A stretch of 64,000 nt of DNA from an uncultured Planctomycetota bacterium (GTDB lineage: Bacteria > Planctomycetota > Planctomycetia > Isosphaerales > Isosphaeraceae). How positions within the stretch are numbered: position 1 is the stretch's first letter; each line of letters opens with the position of its first letter. Below the pieces are notes generated by a model. The model was not told the DNA's origin. It worked only from the letters and a program-made list of their open reading frames with translations, and made no database searches. The stretch lies in the NCBI GenBank assembly GCA_963845755.1, contig CAWJTV010000005.1, positions 1 to 64,000 of the forward strand, given 5' to 3'. This document shows positions 40,741 to 51,816 of the stretch, in pieces. A program made the position numbers and the translations under genes.

Positions 40741-41910
40741 ATGCGAGCACGGATCGTTGCGTACCTGCTGCTGGCCGTCGCCGTGACCGGATGCGGAGGG
40801 ACGGTCAGCCAGGAGTATACGTCTCCGGAAGGGAAGTTCCGCGCCCTGTTTCCCGGGAGACCGAACCTGAGTGAACAGACGGTCTCGACCCCGATCGGAC
40901 CGATCGTCTTGAAAATCGCATCCAGTTCGGACTGGTCGCGAACCGAACGTTTCGTGTCTTATGCCGATTATCCCGTCGGGCTGATTCACACCGGCAACCG
41001 GGACTCCATGCTCGACGACGCCTGCCAGGGGATGGCGACCGAGGCGCGGCTGGTCATCCTGAGCAAGATGCCGATCACCATCAAGGGTCATCCGGGCCGC
41101 GAGGTAAGCTTTGAAGCCCAGCCCGGGCACCCAGCCGGGAAGATCTCGGGTCGGGCACGCGTCTATCTGGTGGGCGCGCGACTTTACCGGGTCTTCATGG
41201 ACGGACCTAGTGGGACGATGACCCCGGAGAAAATCGACGGGTTCCTCGACTCTTTCGCCCTGGTGGATCAGGATCCGCAGCCGACGGTGGTCGCGTCCGG
41301 ACCGCCGTCGAAGTTGGTCCGGCATCCGGCCCCGCCCCGGGGAGCCGACCGATCGCCGCTGGGGTTCTACGCGATCCCGGAACCGGCGACCGAGCCGATC
41401 GTGGCGGATCCGTCGCCGCCCGAATCCGAAGGAGGAGATCGACCAGGGGATTCCCTTCCGCATGATCTCGATGCCGACTCGGAAGGGCGCGCCTCGACCG
41501 ATGGGGCCAGGATCCGGGGCTTCACATGGATCGACGGGGATATGGACGTTGTCAGTGGCGCCGGCGGCCGCGGAAAGTCCGACGGAACGCCGGATCACCA
41601 CTTCCGGCTGTCGGTCGAGCTGCCGCCGAACACGATCGTCGAGGCGCTCGTCATCACCAGCACCGGCTCTCACCGTTGGGTAACCCAGCCGAGCGATCGC
41701 GATGGCCCGATCGCGATCTCCCAGAACGGCCGGCCAGTCGCCCGGACGTATGCCGCCCAGGTCGGGGCGTACTCCGGGCCGCAGGACTTCGACCTTTACG
41801 TCAACACCGTCGATGGCGACGGGCCGGGAGCGTCCTTCGACGTTCAGCTCGTTCTGTCAGTCGACGGCAAACCGATCACGCTGAACTCTCGATGCCGGCG
41901 GCCTGGTTAA
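40741..41910 (+). CDS. Two-domain lipoprotein of unknown function
   Basis: Lipobox LLLAVAVTGC; SPEGKFRALFPG...GHPGRE...RVYLVGARLY...FLDSF domain; Pro-rich linker. Confidence 0.75.
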   Translation: MRARIVAYLLLAVAVTGCGGTVSQEYTSPEGKFRALFPGRPNLSEQTVSTPIGPIVLKIASSSDWSRTERFVSYADYPVGLIHTGNRDSMLDDACQGMATEARLVILSKMPITIKGHPGREVSFEAQPGHPAGKISGRARVYLVGARLYRVFMDGPSGTMTPEKIDGFLDSFALVDQDPQPTVVASGPPSKLVRHPAPPRGADRSPLGFYAIPEPATEPIVADPSPPESEGGDRPGDSLPHDLDADSEGRASTDGARIRGFTWIDGDMDVVSGAGGRGKSDGTPDHHFRLSVELPPNTIVEALVITSTGSHRWVTQPSDRDGPIAISQNGRPVARTYAAQVGAYSGPQDFDLYVNTVDGDGPGASFDVQLVLSVDGKPITLNSRCRRPG

Positions 41911-41973
41911 CCGGCCGGAGGTCGGGTTTCAGGGCGGATACCGGAGTCGATCTCTTTCCCGAGGGGCGCACCA

Positions 41974-42246
41974 TCAGGCCAGTTTCGCCCCGCACTCCGG
42001 GCAGAACCTGGCGGCGCCGGTAAGCCCATGGCCGCAGCTCGTGCAGCGCTTGCCGTTCGTCTGGGACTGGGGCGTGGGCGCGGCGACGCTCGCGACCGTG
42101 GTCCGGGAGCGCGCCGATAGATTGCGTTCCACGACCGACAGGGCCTTCCATGAATCGCGGTCCTGGATGCGTGAGGGGTGCCGTTCGTCGGTAAAGTCTC
42201 GTCTTGACGACACCTGGGCGTTAACATTGGATGAAGAGCGTCTCAC
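41974..42246 (-). CDS. Small zinc-ribbon protein or remnant (start uncertain)
   Basis: C-terminal CTSCG...FCPECGAKL. Confidence 0.45.
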   Translation of the reverse strand: MRRSSSNVNAQVSSRRDFTDERHPSRIQDRDSWKALSVVERNLSARSRTTVASVAAPTPQSQTNGKRCTSCGHGLTGAARFCPECGAKLA

Positions 42247-42398
42247 TTGACCCCGGTCTTACGACACGAAGGCTCGGGCCGAAGCGGTCGGGTATGGCGT
42301 TGCCCGCGCACGATGCTGCCGATGGGACATTCGCAGGCGCTATGGGTCTTGCGGACAGTCCCGTCGGGACCAATCTCTCGCGGAGAGACGGGGGAAGC

Positions 42399-43315
42399 AT
42401 GAGCGGGTCGAGTAGCGAGGGCCAAGCCTTGGAGCAACAGGGGACGGTGGCGGTCATCGGCGTCGGACTGATCGGAGGCTCGATCGGCCTGGCGCTCCGG
42501 TCGCGGAAGATCGCTTCCGAGGTCATCGGAGTGGGACGCGATCCGGCGACCCTCGAGCAGGCGGTCCGGCTCGGTGCCATCGACCGGGGCACGACCGAGG
42601 TTCGAGAAGGCGTGGCTGCCGCGAATATTGTACTGATCTGCACGCCGGTTAACCGGGTAGCGGACGATGTTCGGCGCGCTTCCGAGGGCGCACGGGCCGA
42701 CGTGCTGATCATGGACGTGGGCAGCACGAAGCGGCAGATCGTCGAGGCCGTGGAGCGCCAGGCGCGGGCGGCGTCGATGTTCGTGGGTGCCCACCCGATC
42801 GCCGGTTCGGAACGCCGAGGCGTGGCCAACGCCCGCGCCGAGCTGTTCGAGGGTCGCCCTTGCGTCTTGACGTCCACGCCGCACACCCGCGCCGAACGGT
42901 TCGGCGCGCCCGGACCTTCTGGACGGCCGTCGGCTGCCGGGTACTGGAAATGGGGCCTGCCGAGCACGACGAGATCCTCGCTTATACCAGCCACCTTCCA
43001 CACGCGATCGCCGCCGCGCTTGCGTCGTCCGTGCCGTCCGACTGGCTCCCCCTGGCCGCGGGCGCATTCCGTGACGGCACGCGGGTCGCCGCCGCCGACA
43101 CTGGGCTGTGGACCGCCATCTTTCGGGAGAACCGGGGGTCCTTGTTGAAAGCCCTCGATTCGCTCCAGGATCGACTGGCCCACTTCAAGTATGCCTTGAT
43201 GACGGATGACGAGGAGGCCATCCGACATTGGTGGGACCAGGCCAAACAGCGTCGCGATGTGTTTGACTCCTTGAGTCTCGAAAGAGATTCTCCGAGAACC
43301 AAGTCGGGTGGGTGA
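42399..43315 (+). CDS. tyrA: Prephenate/arogenate dehydrogenase (frameshift near 42905)
   Basis: [24 protein letters not shown]...[13 protein letters not shown]. Confidence 0.92.
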
Positions 43316-43398
43316 GACCGCCCGAGAAGCCGACCGTTCCCGGTGGGTTTCACGCAGACTACCAATACAAAGACTCGAGGACCCGAGAGTCAATCTCC

Positions 43399-46279
43399 AT
43401 GCTCTGGCACATCGAGATCGAACCGGTCGATCGGCATTCCGATCATGTCGGCGAACGACTGGCTACCGAGGCCGAAGAACTCGGCCTGGCCGGGCCCTGG
43501 ACGATCCGGGCCAGCCGGGGCTTCCTGGTCGAGGGGGACCTCTCGGAGGCGGCACTCGGGCGCACGGCGACGGAGATCCTGAGCGATCCGGTCGTCGAGA
43601 CCGCCACGCTCCGCCCAGTGCCATCGCGCATCGACGGAGCGTCCGCCGCCGTGTACGTGCTGCCGAAGCCCGGAGTGACCGATCCCGAGGCGGAGAGTGC
43701 CTGGGCGCTCTTGAGAGACCTGGGTCACGCGGTGACCAACGTCCGCACGATCCGGACCTATCGGATTGATGGGCCCGCGGATCGCCTGCCCCGCCTGATC
43801 GATCGACTGCTGGCCAATGACGCCGTCGATCAGGCCGTCGTTGGCGACCTGGCGATCGATCATCTCGGCCAGGGCCACTCCTACCGCTTCCGCCGGGAAG
43901 AAGTGCCAATGCGCGGGCTCGACGACGACGCACTTCGGGAGCTGAGCCGATCGGGACAGCTCTCGTTGAGCCTCGCCGAGATGAGAGCGATCCAGCAACA
44001 CTTCGCGGCGATCGGCCGTGACCCCACCGACTGCGAGCTCGAGACCCTCGCCCAGACCTGGAGCGAGCATTGTTCTCACAAGACCCTGAAGGGGCGAATC
44101 GCGTTCGAGGGCCGGACGATCGACAACCTCCTGAAGGAGACGATCTTCCGCGCCACGCGGGAACTGGCCTGCGACTGGCTGGTGAGCGTCTTCAGCGATA
44201 ACGCCGGGATCATCCGATTCGATGAGGAACACGACGTCTGCTTCAAGGTCGAGACCCACAACCACCCTTCGGCCATCGATCCTTACGGCGGTTCGAACAC
44301 TGGCCTGGGCGGCGTGATCCGCGACGCGTTGGGGACCGGACTCGGGGCGAAGCCGATCTGCAACACGGATGTCTTTTGCGTGGCCTCGCCCGGATGGAAT
44401 CCGGAACAGCTCCCGGCCGGGGTGCTTCACCCGAAGCGCGTCCTCAAAGGGGTGGTTGCCGGCGTGCGCGACTACGGCAACCGCATGGGAATCCCCACGG
44501 TGAACGGGGCGCTCGCGGTGGATCCCGGCTACCTTTCCAACCCGCTGGTCTTCTGCGGGACCGTCGGGGTCCTGCCCCGTGGCATGTCGAGTAAGCACGT
44601 CAAGCCGGGCGACCGGATCATCGCCGTGGGCGGGCGTACGGGGCGAGATGGGATCCACGGAGCCACCTTCAGCTCGGCCGAGCTGACCGCCGAGAGTGAG
44701 AGCGTTTCGGGCGGAGCGGTCCAGATCGGCAACGCCATCACCGAGAAGATGGTCCTGGACGTGATCGTCCAGGCGCGCGATCAGGGCCTGTTCCACGCGA
44801 TCACCGACTGCGGTGCCGGCGGCTTCAGCTCGGCCATCGGCGAGATGGGGGCCGACCTCGGAGCCGATGTCGAGCTGAGCCGGGCCCCGCTCAAGTACGC
44901 GGGACTGTCTTACACGGAGATCTGGATCTCCGAAGCCCAGGAACGCATGGTCCTGGCCGTCCCGGACGACCGATGGCCGGCGCTCGAGGCGTTGTGCCGG
45001 CAGGAAGGGGTGGAGGCGACCGACCTCGGCCGGTTCGTCGAGACCGGCCGGCTGACCCTTCGCTATCAGGGTGAGGTCGTCGGTGACCTGTCGATGCAAT
45101 TCCTTCACGATGGACGGCCCACCGTCGTCCGCGAGGCGACCTGGTCGCCGGTCGAGGAGCGGGCATCGAGCCAACCGGCCAGGATGAATTCACGGCCGAC
45201 CTGATCGCCATCCTCCAGCATGGGGACGTCTGTAGCAAGGAATGGATCGTCCGGCAGTATGACCACGAGGTCCAGGCGCGGACGGTCGTCAAGCCGCTCG
45301 TGGGCTCGTGCGATGACGGGCCCGGCGACGCGGCCGTCGTCCTGCCCATGCGCAGGTTAACGCGCGGTCTGGCGGTCGCCTGCGGGATCAATCCGCGCTT
45401 CGGCAAGATCGACCCCTACGCCATGGCCGGCTGCGTGATCGATGAGGCCGTCCGCAACTGCGTGGCGGTGGGCGCCGATCCGTCGCGCATCGCGATCCTG
45501 GACAACTTCTGCTGGGGGAACACCGAGCGGCCTGAGACGCTCGGCTCCCTGGTCCGCGCCGCGCAAGCCTGCCACGACATCTCGCTGGCCTATGGAACCC
45601 CCTTCATCTCGGGCAAGGACAGTCTCAACAATGAATTCACTCACGACGGGCGGAGCCTGTCAATTCCCCCGACGCTGCTGATCAGCGCCATCGGGATCGT
45701 GCCCGACATTCGCACTTGCGTGACGATGGACCTCAAGGAAGAAGGAAACCTGTTGTACGTCCTGGGGACGACCCACCGCGAGCTCGGCGGCTCGCTCTGG
45801 TCGGAGGTTCGTCGACGGCCCGGGGGCCGCGTACCTCGGGTCGATCCCGATCGAGGACCGCGCCTCTTCCGGGCCCTCCATGCGGCGATCTCGGACGGCC
45901 TCGTCCGGAGCTGCCACGACCTGAGCGAGGGAGGTCTGGCGGTCGCCCTGGCGGAGATGGCGCTGGCCGGGGGTCTCGGGGCCTGGATCTCGCTGGGTCC
46001 GGCACCCCGCGAGGACGACGCCTCCGAGGATCACGTCCTCCTCTTCTCGGAATCCGCCACCCGCTTCCTGCTGGAGGTGCGGCCCGGGAATGCCGGAGTG
46101 CTCGAGCGCGACCTCGCCGGGCTCCCGCTCGGCCGGCTCGGCACGGTCACGCACGTGGATTCCGGCGCGGGCATGCCCGCGCCCGTTTGATCATCGAGGG
46201 ACTCGACGGGAAGACGATCGTCAACGCCCTGGTGGATGACCTGAAGACCGCCTGGCAGATGCCTTTACGATGGCCCTGA
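43399..46279 (+). CDS. purL: Phosphoribosylformylglycinamidine synthase PurL with N-terminal PurS-like domains (frameshifts near 45190 and 46180)
   Basis: [60 protein letters not shown]. Confidence 0.95.
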
Positions 46280-46340
46280 CCCGGCGCCGGTCGGGGACCG
46301 CGTAAATGGCCCGGCCGGAGGAAGGAGATCGCATGGAACT

Positions 46341-47216
46341 ATGGATTTTGGAGACCTACGTACATTTTCATTGAAGGACCCGATGATGCTTCGTTTCGTG
46401 ACATTCGTGGATGGTTCGAATCTGGATGGTGTACTTAAACATTTAAATTTACGGGTTGATGATTATGGCGCGTTTTATCGCCATGTCTTCGAACAGAGCG
46501 TCCATTACTGGGGCCGGACGTTCGCGGAGGGTGCGCGATGGCCCACCGCCCAGCATTCCCGGATCTACTGGTACGTTGTGGGCAAGATGGACGAGTGGGA
46601 CCTGAACGACCCCAAGGCGGAGGCGCGGCTACGGGCTCGGTTCGAGATGAACCCGCGGTTGCGCGATGCCTATATCGAGGACGCGAGCCGCCGCAATCCC
46701 GACCTGTCCATGGACCGGCGCATCGACGAGGCCTGGAACCTCTGCTTCAACGAGACGCGCGAGTGGTATGAGGGGAAGCGGCGCGCCCTCGAGCGGAAGA
46801 AGCGGTTCTACCACGGCGTCCAGGCCGCGACCGACTTCGTCGAGATCCGTCAAGAAGGACACTGGAAGGTCGATCTGCTGCATCATACCGTCAACGAGAA
46901 GGGGCTCGACACCAGCCTGGCGGTCAACATGGTCGCGCTCCAGGAGACCTACGACATCGCCTTGCTGATTTCCGGGGACGCCGACGGAATCCCCGGTATC
47001 AATTACGTCAAGAGCCGCTCGAAGCATGTCGGAGTGGCCGAGTTCCGCCGTGGCTCGCCGGCCGACTTCCCCGCCAAGGGAACGTCGTCGCGGCTCAAAA
47101 TCGCGGCGGACTTCGTCGTCCAGGTCTACGAGTCGGAACTGCTGAGGCGGAACCTCGCCTATCGTTCCGAGTCGGACTTTGGATCCCAGTTCGGTCCCAC
47201 CGAGGCGCCTTACTAA
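46341..47216 (+). CDS. NYN (LabA/DUF88, PIN-like) domain protein; start may be 46383
   Basis: FVDGSNL, EKGLDT, ISGDAD, LKIAADF. Confidence 0.88.
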   Translation: MDFGDLRTFSLKDPMMLRFVTFVDGSNLDGVLKHLNLRVDDYGAFYRHVFEQSVHYWGRTFAEGARWPTAQHSRIYWYVVGKMDEWDLNDPKAEARLRARFEMNPRLRDAYIEDASRRNPDLSMDRRIDEAWNLCFNETREWYEGKRRALERKKRFYHGVQAATDFVEIRQEGHWKVDLLHHTVNEKGLDTSLAVNMVALQETYDIALLISGDADGIPGINYVKSRSKHVGVAEFRRGSPADFPAKGTSSRLKIAADFVVQVYESELLRRNLAYRSESDFGSQFGPTEAPY

Positions 47217-47229
47217 CGCTTCTCGTAGC

Positions 47230-47329
47230 GGTCAGTAGTCGGTGGTCAGTGGTCAGGAACGAAGAGTCATCGAGTCGCTTTCTTCATTCTTCCTCATCCC
47301 CACCGACCACCGACCACCGACCCATGACC
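47230..47329. repeat. Inverted heptamer array (GGTCAGT-like x4 / ACCGACC-like x4)
   Basis: 7-bp units at 47230-47257 mirrored at 47302-47329. Confidence 0.8.
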
Positions 47330-47341
47330 ACAGGGGCAAAC

Positions 47342-48126
47342 ATGGCACGACCACGTGCGATCGTCCTGCGAGCACCAGGCACCAATTGCGACGAGGAGAC
47401 AGCCGCCGCGTGGGATCGGGCGGGTGCCGATGTCGAGACCTGGCATGTCGGCCGATTGATCGAGTCGCCGAGCGGTCTCGATCGCTTCCAGATCCTGACG
47501 ATCCCGGGGGGGTTCTCCTACGGAGACGACCTCGGCGCCGGCCGGATCCTGGCTACCCGGCTGGGCACGGTCCTGAGCGACGCGCTGCGGCGGTTTCACG
47601 ACCGCGGCAGCTTGATCCTGGGAATCTGTAACGGGTTCCAGGTGCTGGTCCGCAGCGGTCTCCTGCCCGGAGGGAGTGCACCGTGCCCGGCGACGCTCGC
47701 CCGGAATGAGTCGGGACGGTTCGAGGCCCGTTGGGTGTGCCTTGCTACGCGCCGGGGATCTCCCCGTTTGTCTCATCCCGGCTCTCCACGACGATCGAGC
47801 TCCCTGTGGCTCACGGCGAGGGGCGCTTCGTGACCCGTCATCGTGCCGACCTCGACGCGATGGATGATGCCGGGCAGATCGTCCTGGTGTATGCCGACCA
47901 GGCGGGCCGCCCCACCGACGAGTATCCGGCGAACCCTAACGGCTCGGTCCGGGCCATTGCCGGCATTTGTGATCCCACGGGACGGATCTTCGGATTGATG
48001 CCCCATCCGGAACGATTCATCGATCCCTGGCACCATCCTCGATGGACGAGGCGCGATGGCCCGCTACCCGACCACGGCGACGGTCTGGGCATCTTCGCCG
48101 GTGCCGTTGAAGCCCTGCGCGGATGA
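47342..48126 (+). CDS. purQ: FGAM synthase glutaminase subunit (frameshift near 47745)
   Basis: PGTNCD, PGGFSYGD, GICNGFQ, AHGEGRF, NPNGS, MPHPER. Confidence 0.95.
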
Positions 48127-48252
48127 GCGAAGATCGCGCTCGAACGGATTCTCATCCGCCAGCCGGCCGATTCTTGGAAAATTTGGACTTGGAAGAGTCG
48201 GCCAATCCGGGTTTACTTCGGGCATTCTGCCAGGAGTACCGGAGGGTGACCC

Positions 48253-49857
48253 ATGGAAGGCGTCTTGGACGGTGCGAGGACCGCTGCGGTGTCGAGCCGT
48301 GGGGGGTCGCAAGTCGCGAATCAGAATCTGGCGACAACCTACTATCAGCACGCCGAGCTGTTCCTGCGGCGTCAACAGTTTGCCGAGGCGGAATCGCTCT
48401 TGCAGGAGGCGTTTCGACTCCGGCCGAACGATCCGGACATCATGAATAAGCTGGGCTCAGCCTTCTGGGAACTCGGCCGGCCCACGGAGGCCGAGCCGTT
48501 GTTCAGCCGTGCGCATGGGCTCCGACCCGAGGATGCGGAGATCCTGAACAACCTGGGACTGGCGCGCTGGGACCTGGGGCGGCCCGGCGACGCGGCCGAG
48601 TGTTATCGGCAAGCACTGGAGATCCACCCGGACTCGATCGATGCCCGGATGAACCTTGGCGTTGTCCTGTCCGACCTGGGGCAATTCGACGAGGCCCTGG
48701 AATGGCTTCGTGGCGTGGTTCGGCTACGGCCTGACCTCGCCGATGGATTGCAGAACCTCGGTATGACCCTCGCCCGGCTGGGGAGGTGGGACGAGGCGTT
48801 GGAGTACTACGATCGCGCCTTGAGTTTCAGTCCGCAGTATGCCGAAATCCACCGCAATCGGGCTTATGCCCGGCTCTATCTCGGAGATTTCGAGCGCGGC
48901 TGGCCGGAGCACGAGTGGCGACTGAAATGCCGCAGGCATCTCGGTTTTCGGGTCGATCGGCCGTGCTGGAACGGTGAGAGCCTGCCGGGTAAGATCATCG
49001 TCCTGCATTTCGAGCAAGGCTACGGGGATACCCTCCAGTTCATCCGGTTCGCTCCGCTGGTCAAGGAGCGAGTCGGCCTGGTCGTGGTGCTCTGCCAGAC
49101 ACGGTTGCTCCGGATCATCTCTCGCGTCCCGGGAGTCAACCTGGCCTTCGATGGTTCGACCGAGTCACCGAACTGCCACGTACATGCGTCGCTCATGAGC
49201 CTGCCGGCCATCTTTCGGACCACGATGGCGACGGTTCCGTGCCGCATTCCTTACCTCTCCAACGATCCAATCCTGTTGCAGCGCTGGGAATCGTCACTGG
49301 CCGAAGCGATCGGGATCGGGGAGACCCGTGCGGAAGGTACGTGGGAGCCGTCCGGCGGCGGACGGCGGAGAAAGCCCTTCCTGATCGGCGTCGCCTGGCA
49401 AGGGAGTCCAACCCACCTGAACGATCACTGGCGATCGTTCCCGCTCGCGAAGCTGGCTCCCCTGGCAAATCTACCGGGGGTCCGGCTGGTCAGCCTCCAA
49501 GCCGATCACGGCCTGGATCAGATTCCTTCGTTTCCAGGGCGGCTGCCGGTTATCGAACTCAAGAGCAACCGTCCCCGCGACTTCCTCGATACGGCGGCGA
49601 TCGTGAGTCAACTTGATCTCGTCGTCACTCCCGATACGGCGGTCGCGCACCTCGCGGGCGGCCTTGGTGTTCCCGTCTGGAATGCGCTCTCCACGGTGGC
49701 CGAATGGCGCTGGATGCTCGACCGGGCGGACAGTCCGTGGTATCCCACGATGCGGCTGTTCCGTCAGACCCAGCTCGGCGACTGGGACGACGTCTTCAAT
49801 CGCATGGCGAGAGCCCTCGAAGTGGAGTTGGAGCGGCGTGCGGCGTCCGCAGCCTGA
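48253..49857 (+). CDS. TPR-repeat protein with a GT-B/glycosyltransferase-9-like C-terminus
   Basis: Multiple TPRs; EQGYGDTLQFIRF; GVAWQG; LDLVVTPDTAVAHLAG; DSPWYPTMRLFRQ. Confidence 0.9.
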   Translation: MEGVLDGARTAAVSSRGGSQVANQNLATTYYQHAELFLRRQQFAEAESLLQEAFRLRPNDPDIMNKLGSAFWELGRPTEAEPLFSRAHGLRPEDAEILNNLGLARWDLGRPGDAAECYRQALEIHPDSIDARMNLGVVLSDLGQFDEALEWLRGVVRLRPDLADGLQNLGMTLARLGRWDEALEYYDRALSFSPQYAEIHRNRAYARLYLGDFERGWPEHEWRLKCRRHLGFRVDRPCWNGESLPGKIIVLHFEQGYGDTLQFIRFAPLVKERVGLVVVLCQTRLLRIISRVPGVNLAFDGSTESPNCHVHASLMSLPAIFRTTMATVPCRIPYLSNDPILLQRWESSLAEAIGIGETRAEGTWEPSGGGRRRKPFLIGVAWQGSPTHLNDHWRSFPLAKLAPLANLPGVRLVSLQADHGLDQIPSFPGRLPVIELKSNRPRDFLDTAAIVSQLDLVVTPDTAVAHLAGGLGVPVWNALSTVAEWRWMLDRADSPWYPTMRLFRQTQLGDWDDVFNRMARALEVELERRAASAA

Positions 49858-49983
49858 TCGGAGAATTGCACACGGGCCAGTAGCGTGGTCTGCGAGGACC
49901 GATCCGCGTCGCGGGCCCTACACAGTGCTCACGGTGCGCCCTACTTTACCGTCTTGAGGCTGGTGTGCCGCGTTGGGTCAGAA

Positions 49984-50940
49984 CTACGGTACCGCCGGCA
50001 GGAATTCGTCGATGAACTTCACCACGGCCTTGTCGATCTCGTTCCCTCCGACATGATATATGTCGTTGTGATCGGCCTCGTCGATCCAGAGGATCGTGAC
50101 CGGGCCTTTGGCTGCCGCGGCCAATCGCTGCCCCATCTCGAAGGGGACGATCCGGTCGCGTCGGCCGTGGCCGATCAAGATCGGGCATTGAATCCGGGAG
50201 ATCTTGCGCAGGTTGTCGAAGCGATGCCGCAGGAGCAGTGACACGGGCAGGAAAGGGGTCATGCGACGGCCCATGTCGACCCCGCTGGTGAACGCGGAGA
50301 GTACGACGAGGCCGGCGACCGGCTTGCGGTCGGCCAGGTCGATGGCCACGGCGCCGCCGAGCGACCATCCGCCCGCCACGATTCGTGAAGGCGGGACGCC
50401 GCGTTTCGAGACCAGGTAATCATAGGCGGCATCGGCCGTCGCTTGACAGCCCCGCTCCGAAGGACTGCCCCCGCTCATGCCGTATCCGACATAGTCGGGG
50501 ATCAGGACGTTGAGACCCAGACGCCGAAATCGATCGAAGTCCTCCATGGCGTACTTCAAACACATGGCATTGCCATAGAAATAGATCAGCGTGGGACGTG
50601 CGACGGCCTCGGGATCCGGCCGGCCCTCGGCCGTGAGTGCCGGACCGAACAGGGCGACGATGGGCTCACCTTGTTGGGACTCGAGGCGAAGCAATTCTGT
50701 ACCCGGCCGTGGGCGGATCCGGGCGAACTCCTGACCCTGGGTCTCGTGGCCCGGGAAGATCAACCGTGTCTGGAAGGAGAAGAGCAATGTGAGATAACCC
50801 AGGTAAGACAGGGAGGCAATTCGTACCATCCTCATGATCCGTTTCCTCCATCGAGAAAGGAGGGGGCGCGATCGTGTGGGGGCGTGCGGCTCGGTTCCGG
50901 GCGAATCGGGATGGGATCGTTCCTGCACGACGTCGCTCAT
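49984..50940 (-). CDS. Membrane-anchored alpha/beta hydrolase
   Basis: DYVGYGMS, GWSLG nucleophile elbow, HGRRDRIVP, DHND. Confidence 0.9.
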   Translation of the reverse strand: MSDVVQERSHPDSPGTEPHAPTRSRPLLSRWRKRIMRMVRIASLSYLGYLTLLFSFQTRLIFPGHETQGQEFARIRPRPGTELLRLESQQGEPIVALFGPALTAEGRPDPEAVARPTLIYFYGNAMCLKYAMEDFDRFRRLGLNVLIPDYVGYGMSGGSPSERGCQATADAAYDYLVSKRGVPPSRIVAGGWSLGGAVAIDLADRKPVAGLVVLSAFTSGVDMGRRMTPFLPVSLLLRHRFDNLRKISRIQCPILIGHGRRDRIVPFEMGQRLAAAAKGPVTILWIDEADHNDIYHVGGNEIDKAVVKFIDEFLPAVP

Positions 50941-51135
50941 GGCGGGGCTTTCGCAGGGGGCGCAGGCGATCGACCCGTGCGCGGGTGAGGTCCCTCGTGC
51001 GCCGGGTCGGATCGGAGTGAAACCCATGCACTTACAGTCGATGCCTCGGGATGAGATGACTCCGGATGCGTTCAGATCAAGAAGCAGCTCGGGAAGACGG
51101 GAACCTGTAAGGAACGGCTGAGGACAGCCGCCGCA

Positions 51136-51786
51136 TCAAAGACCGCTGCCGAAGGGTGATGAATCGCCGCGATGATGGTGGTCGGATCCGACGCTTTCCG
51201 ACGCTGGCTCCTTGCGAGCGGAGAGATGGGGCCCCCGAAGCACGGACTGGCCGCCGCGGGCATGATGAGTGTGGCCCCGAAGGGGCCCGCGACGCAGGGG
51301 CGGCTCGCTGGAGGCCGAGATCGGTGGGGCGGCATGCGGGTCGTACTGCAGGTCGAACTCGTCGCTCTCGTATTCGTCGTACCTCGAGACGTAGCCGGGC
51401 ATCTTGGATCGTTCGAGCTCTTCGGCGTAGGAGGCCAGGACGGCCCCCTGGATCTTCTCGCGACACATCGAGTTGATCGGATGGGCGATGTCGGCATGGA
51501 GCTTGGCGCGCCCGTCGGCGTCACGCAGGGCACGATTCTCGTCCAGTCGGCAACCGCACTGGTTGCAGAAGCGGCTGCGAAGGTGATTCTTCGTGCCACA
51601 GTTGTGGCAGCGATCGGTCAGCTTTCGCGACGGCATCGCCACGAAGAATCCCTTGGCGCCTTCGATGATTTTCAAGTCGCGGATGACGAACATGTCGTCA
51701 AACGTGATACTGCAAAAGGCTTGCAACCGTTCGTTGCTGCCCGAGTTGTCTTCCATGAGCTTGATGCGGACTTCAGTGATCTCCAC
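51136..51786 (-). CDS. spoVG: SpoVG-family protein with an inserted zinc ribbon
   Basis: [40 protein letters not shown]; insert CHNC...CNQC. Confidence 0.9.
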   Translation of the reverse strand: MEITEVRIKLMEDNSGSNERLQAFCSITFDDMFVIRDLKIIEGAKGFFVAMPSRKLTDRCHNCGTKNHLRSRFCNQCGCRLDENRALRDADGRAKLHADIAHPINSMCREKIQGAVLASYAEELERSKMPGYVSRYDEYESDEFDLQYDPHAAPPISASSEPPLRRGPLRGHTHHARGGQSVLRGPHLSARKEPASESVGSDHHHRGDSSPFGSGL

Positions 51787-51816
51787 AGCCGTACTCCTTT
51801 ACGAGGCGTTCGCTGC

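Noticed and set aside
42399..48126. Frameshifts in tyrA, purL and purQ (also tdh, the sugar genes and the transposase) as programmed frameshifting or mass pseudogenisation
   Set aside because: Single-base indels are scattered through the window, including core genes with intact motifs and no slippery sites; best explained as long-read consensus errors.
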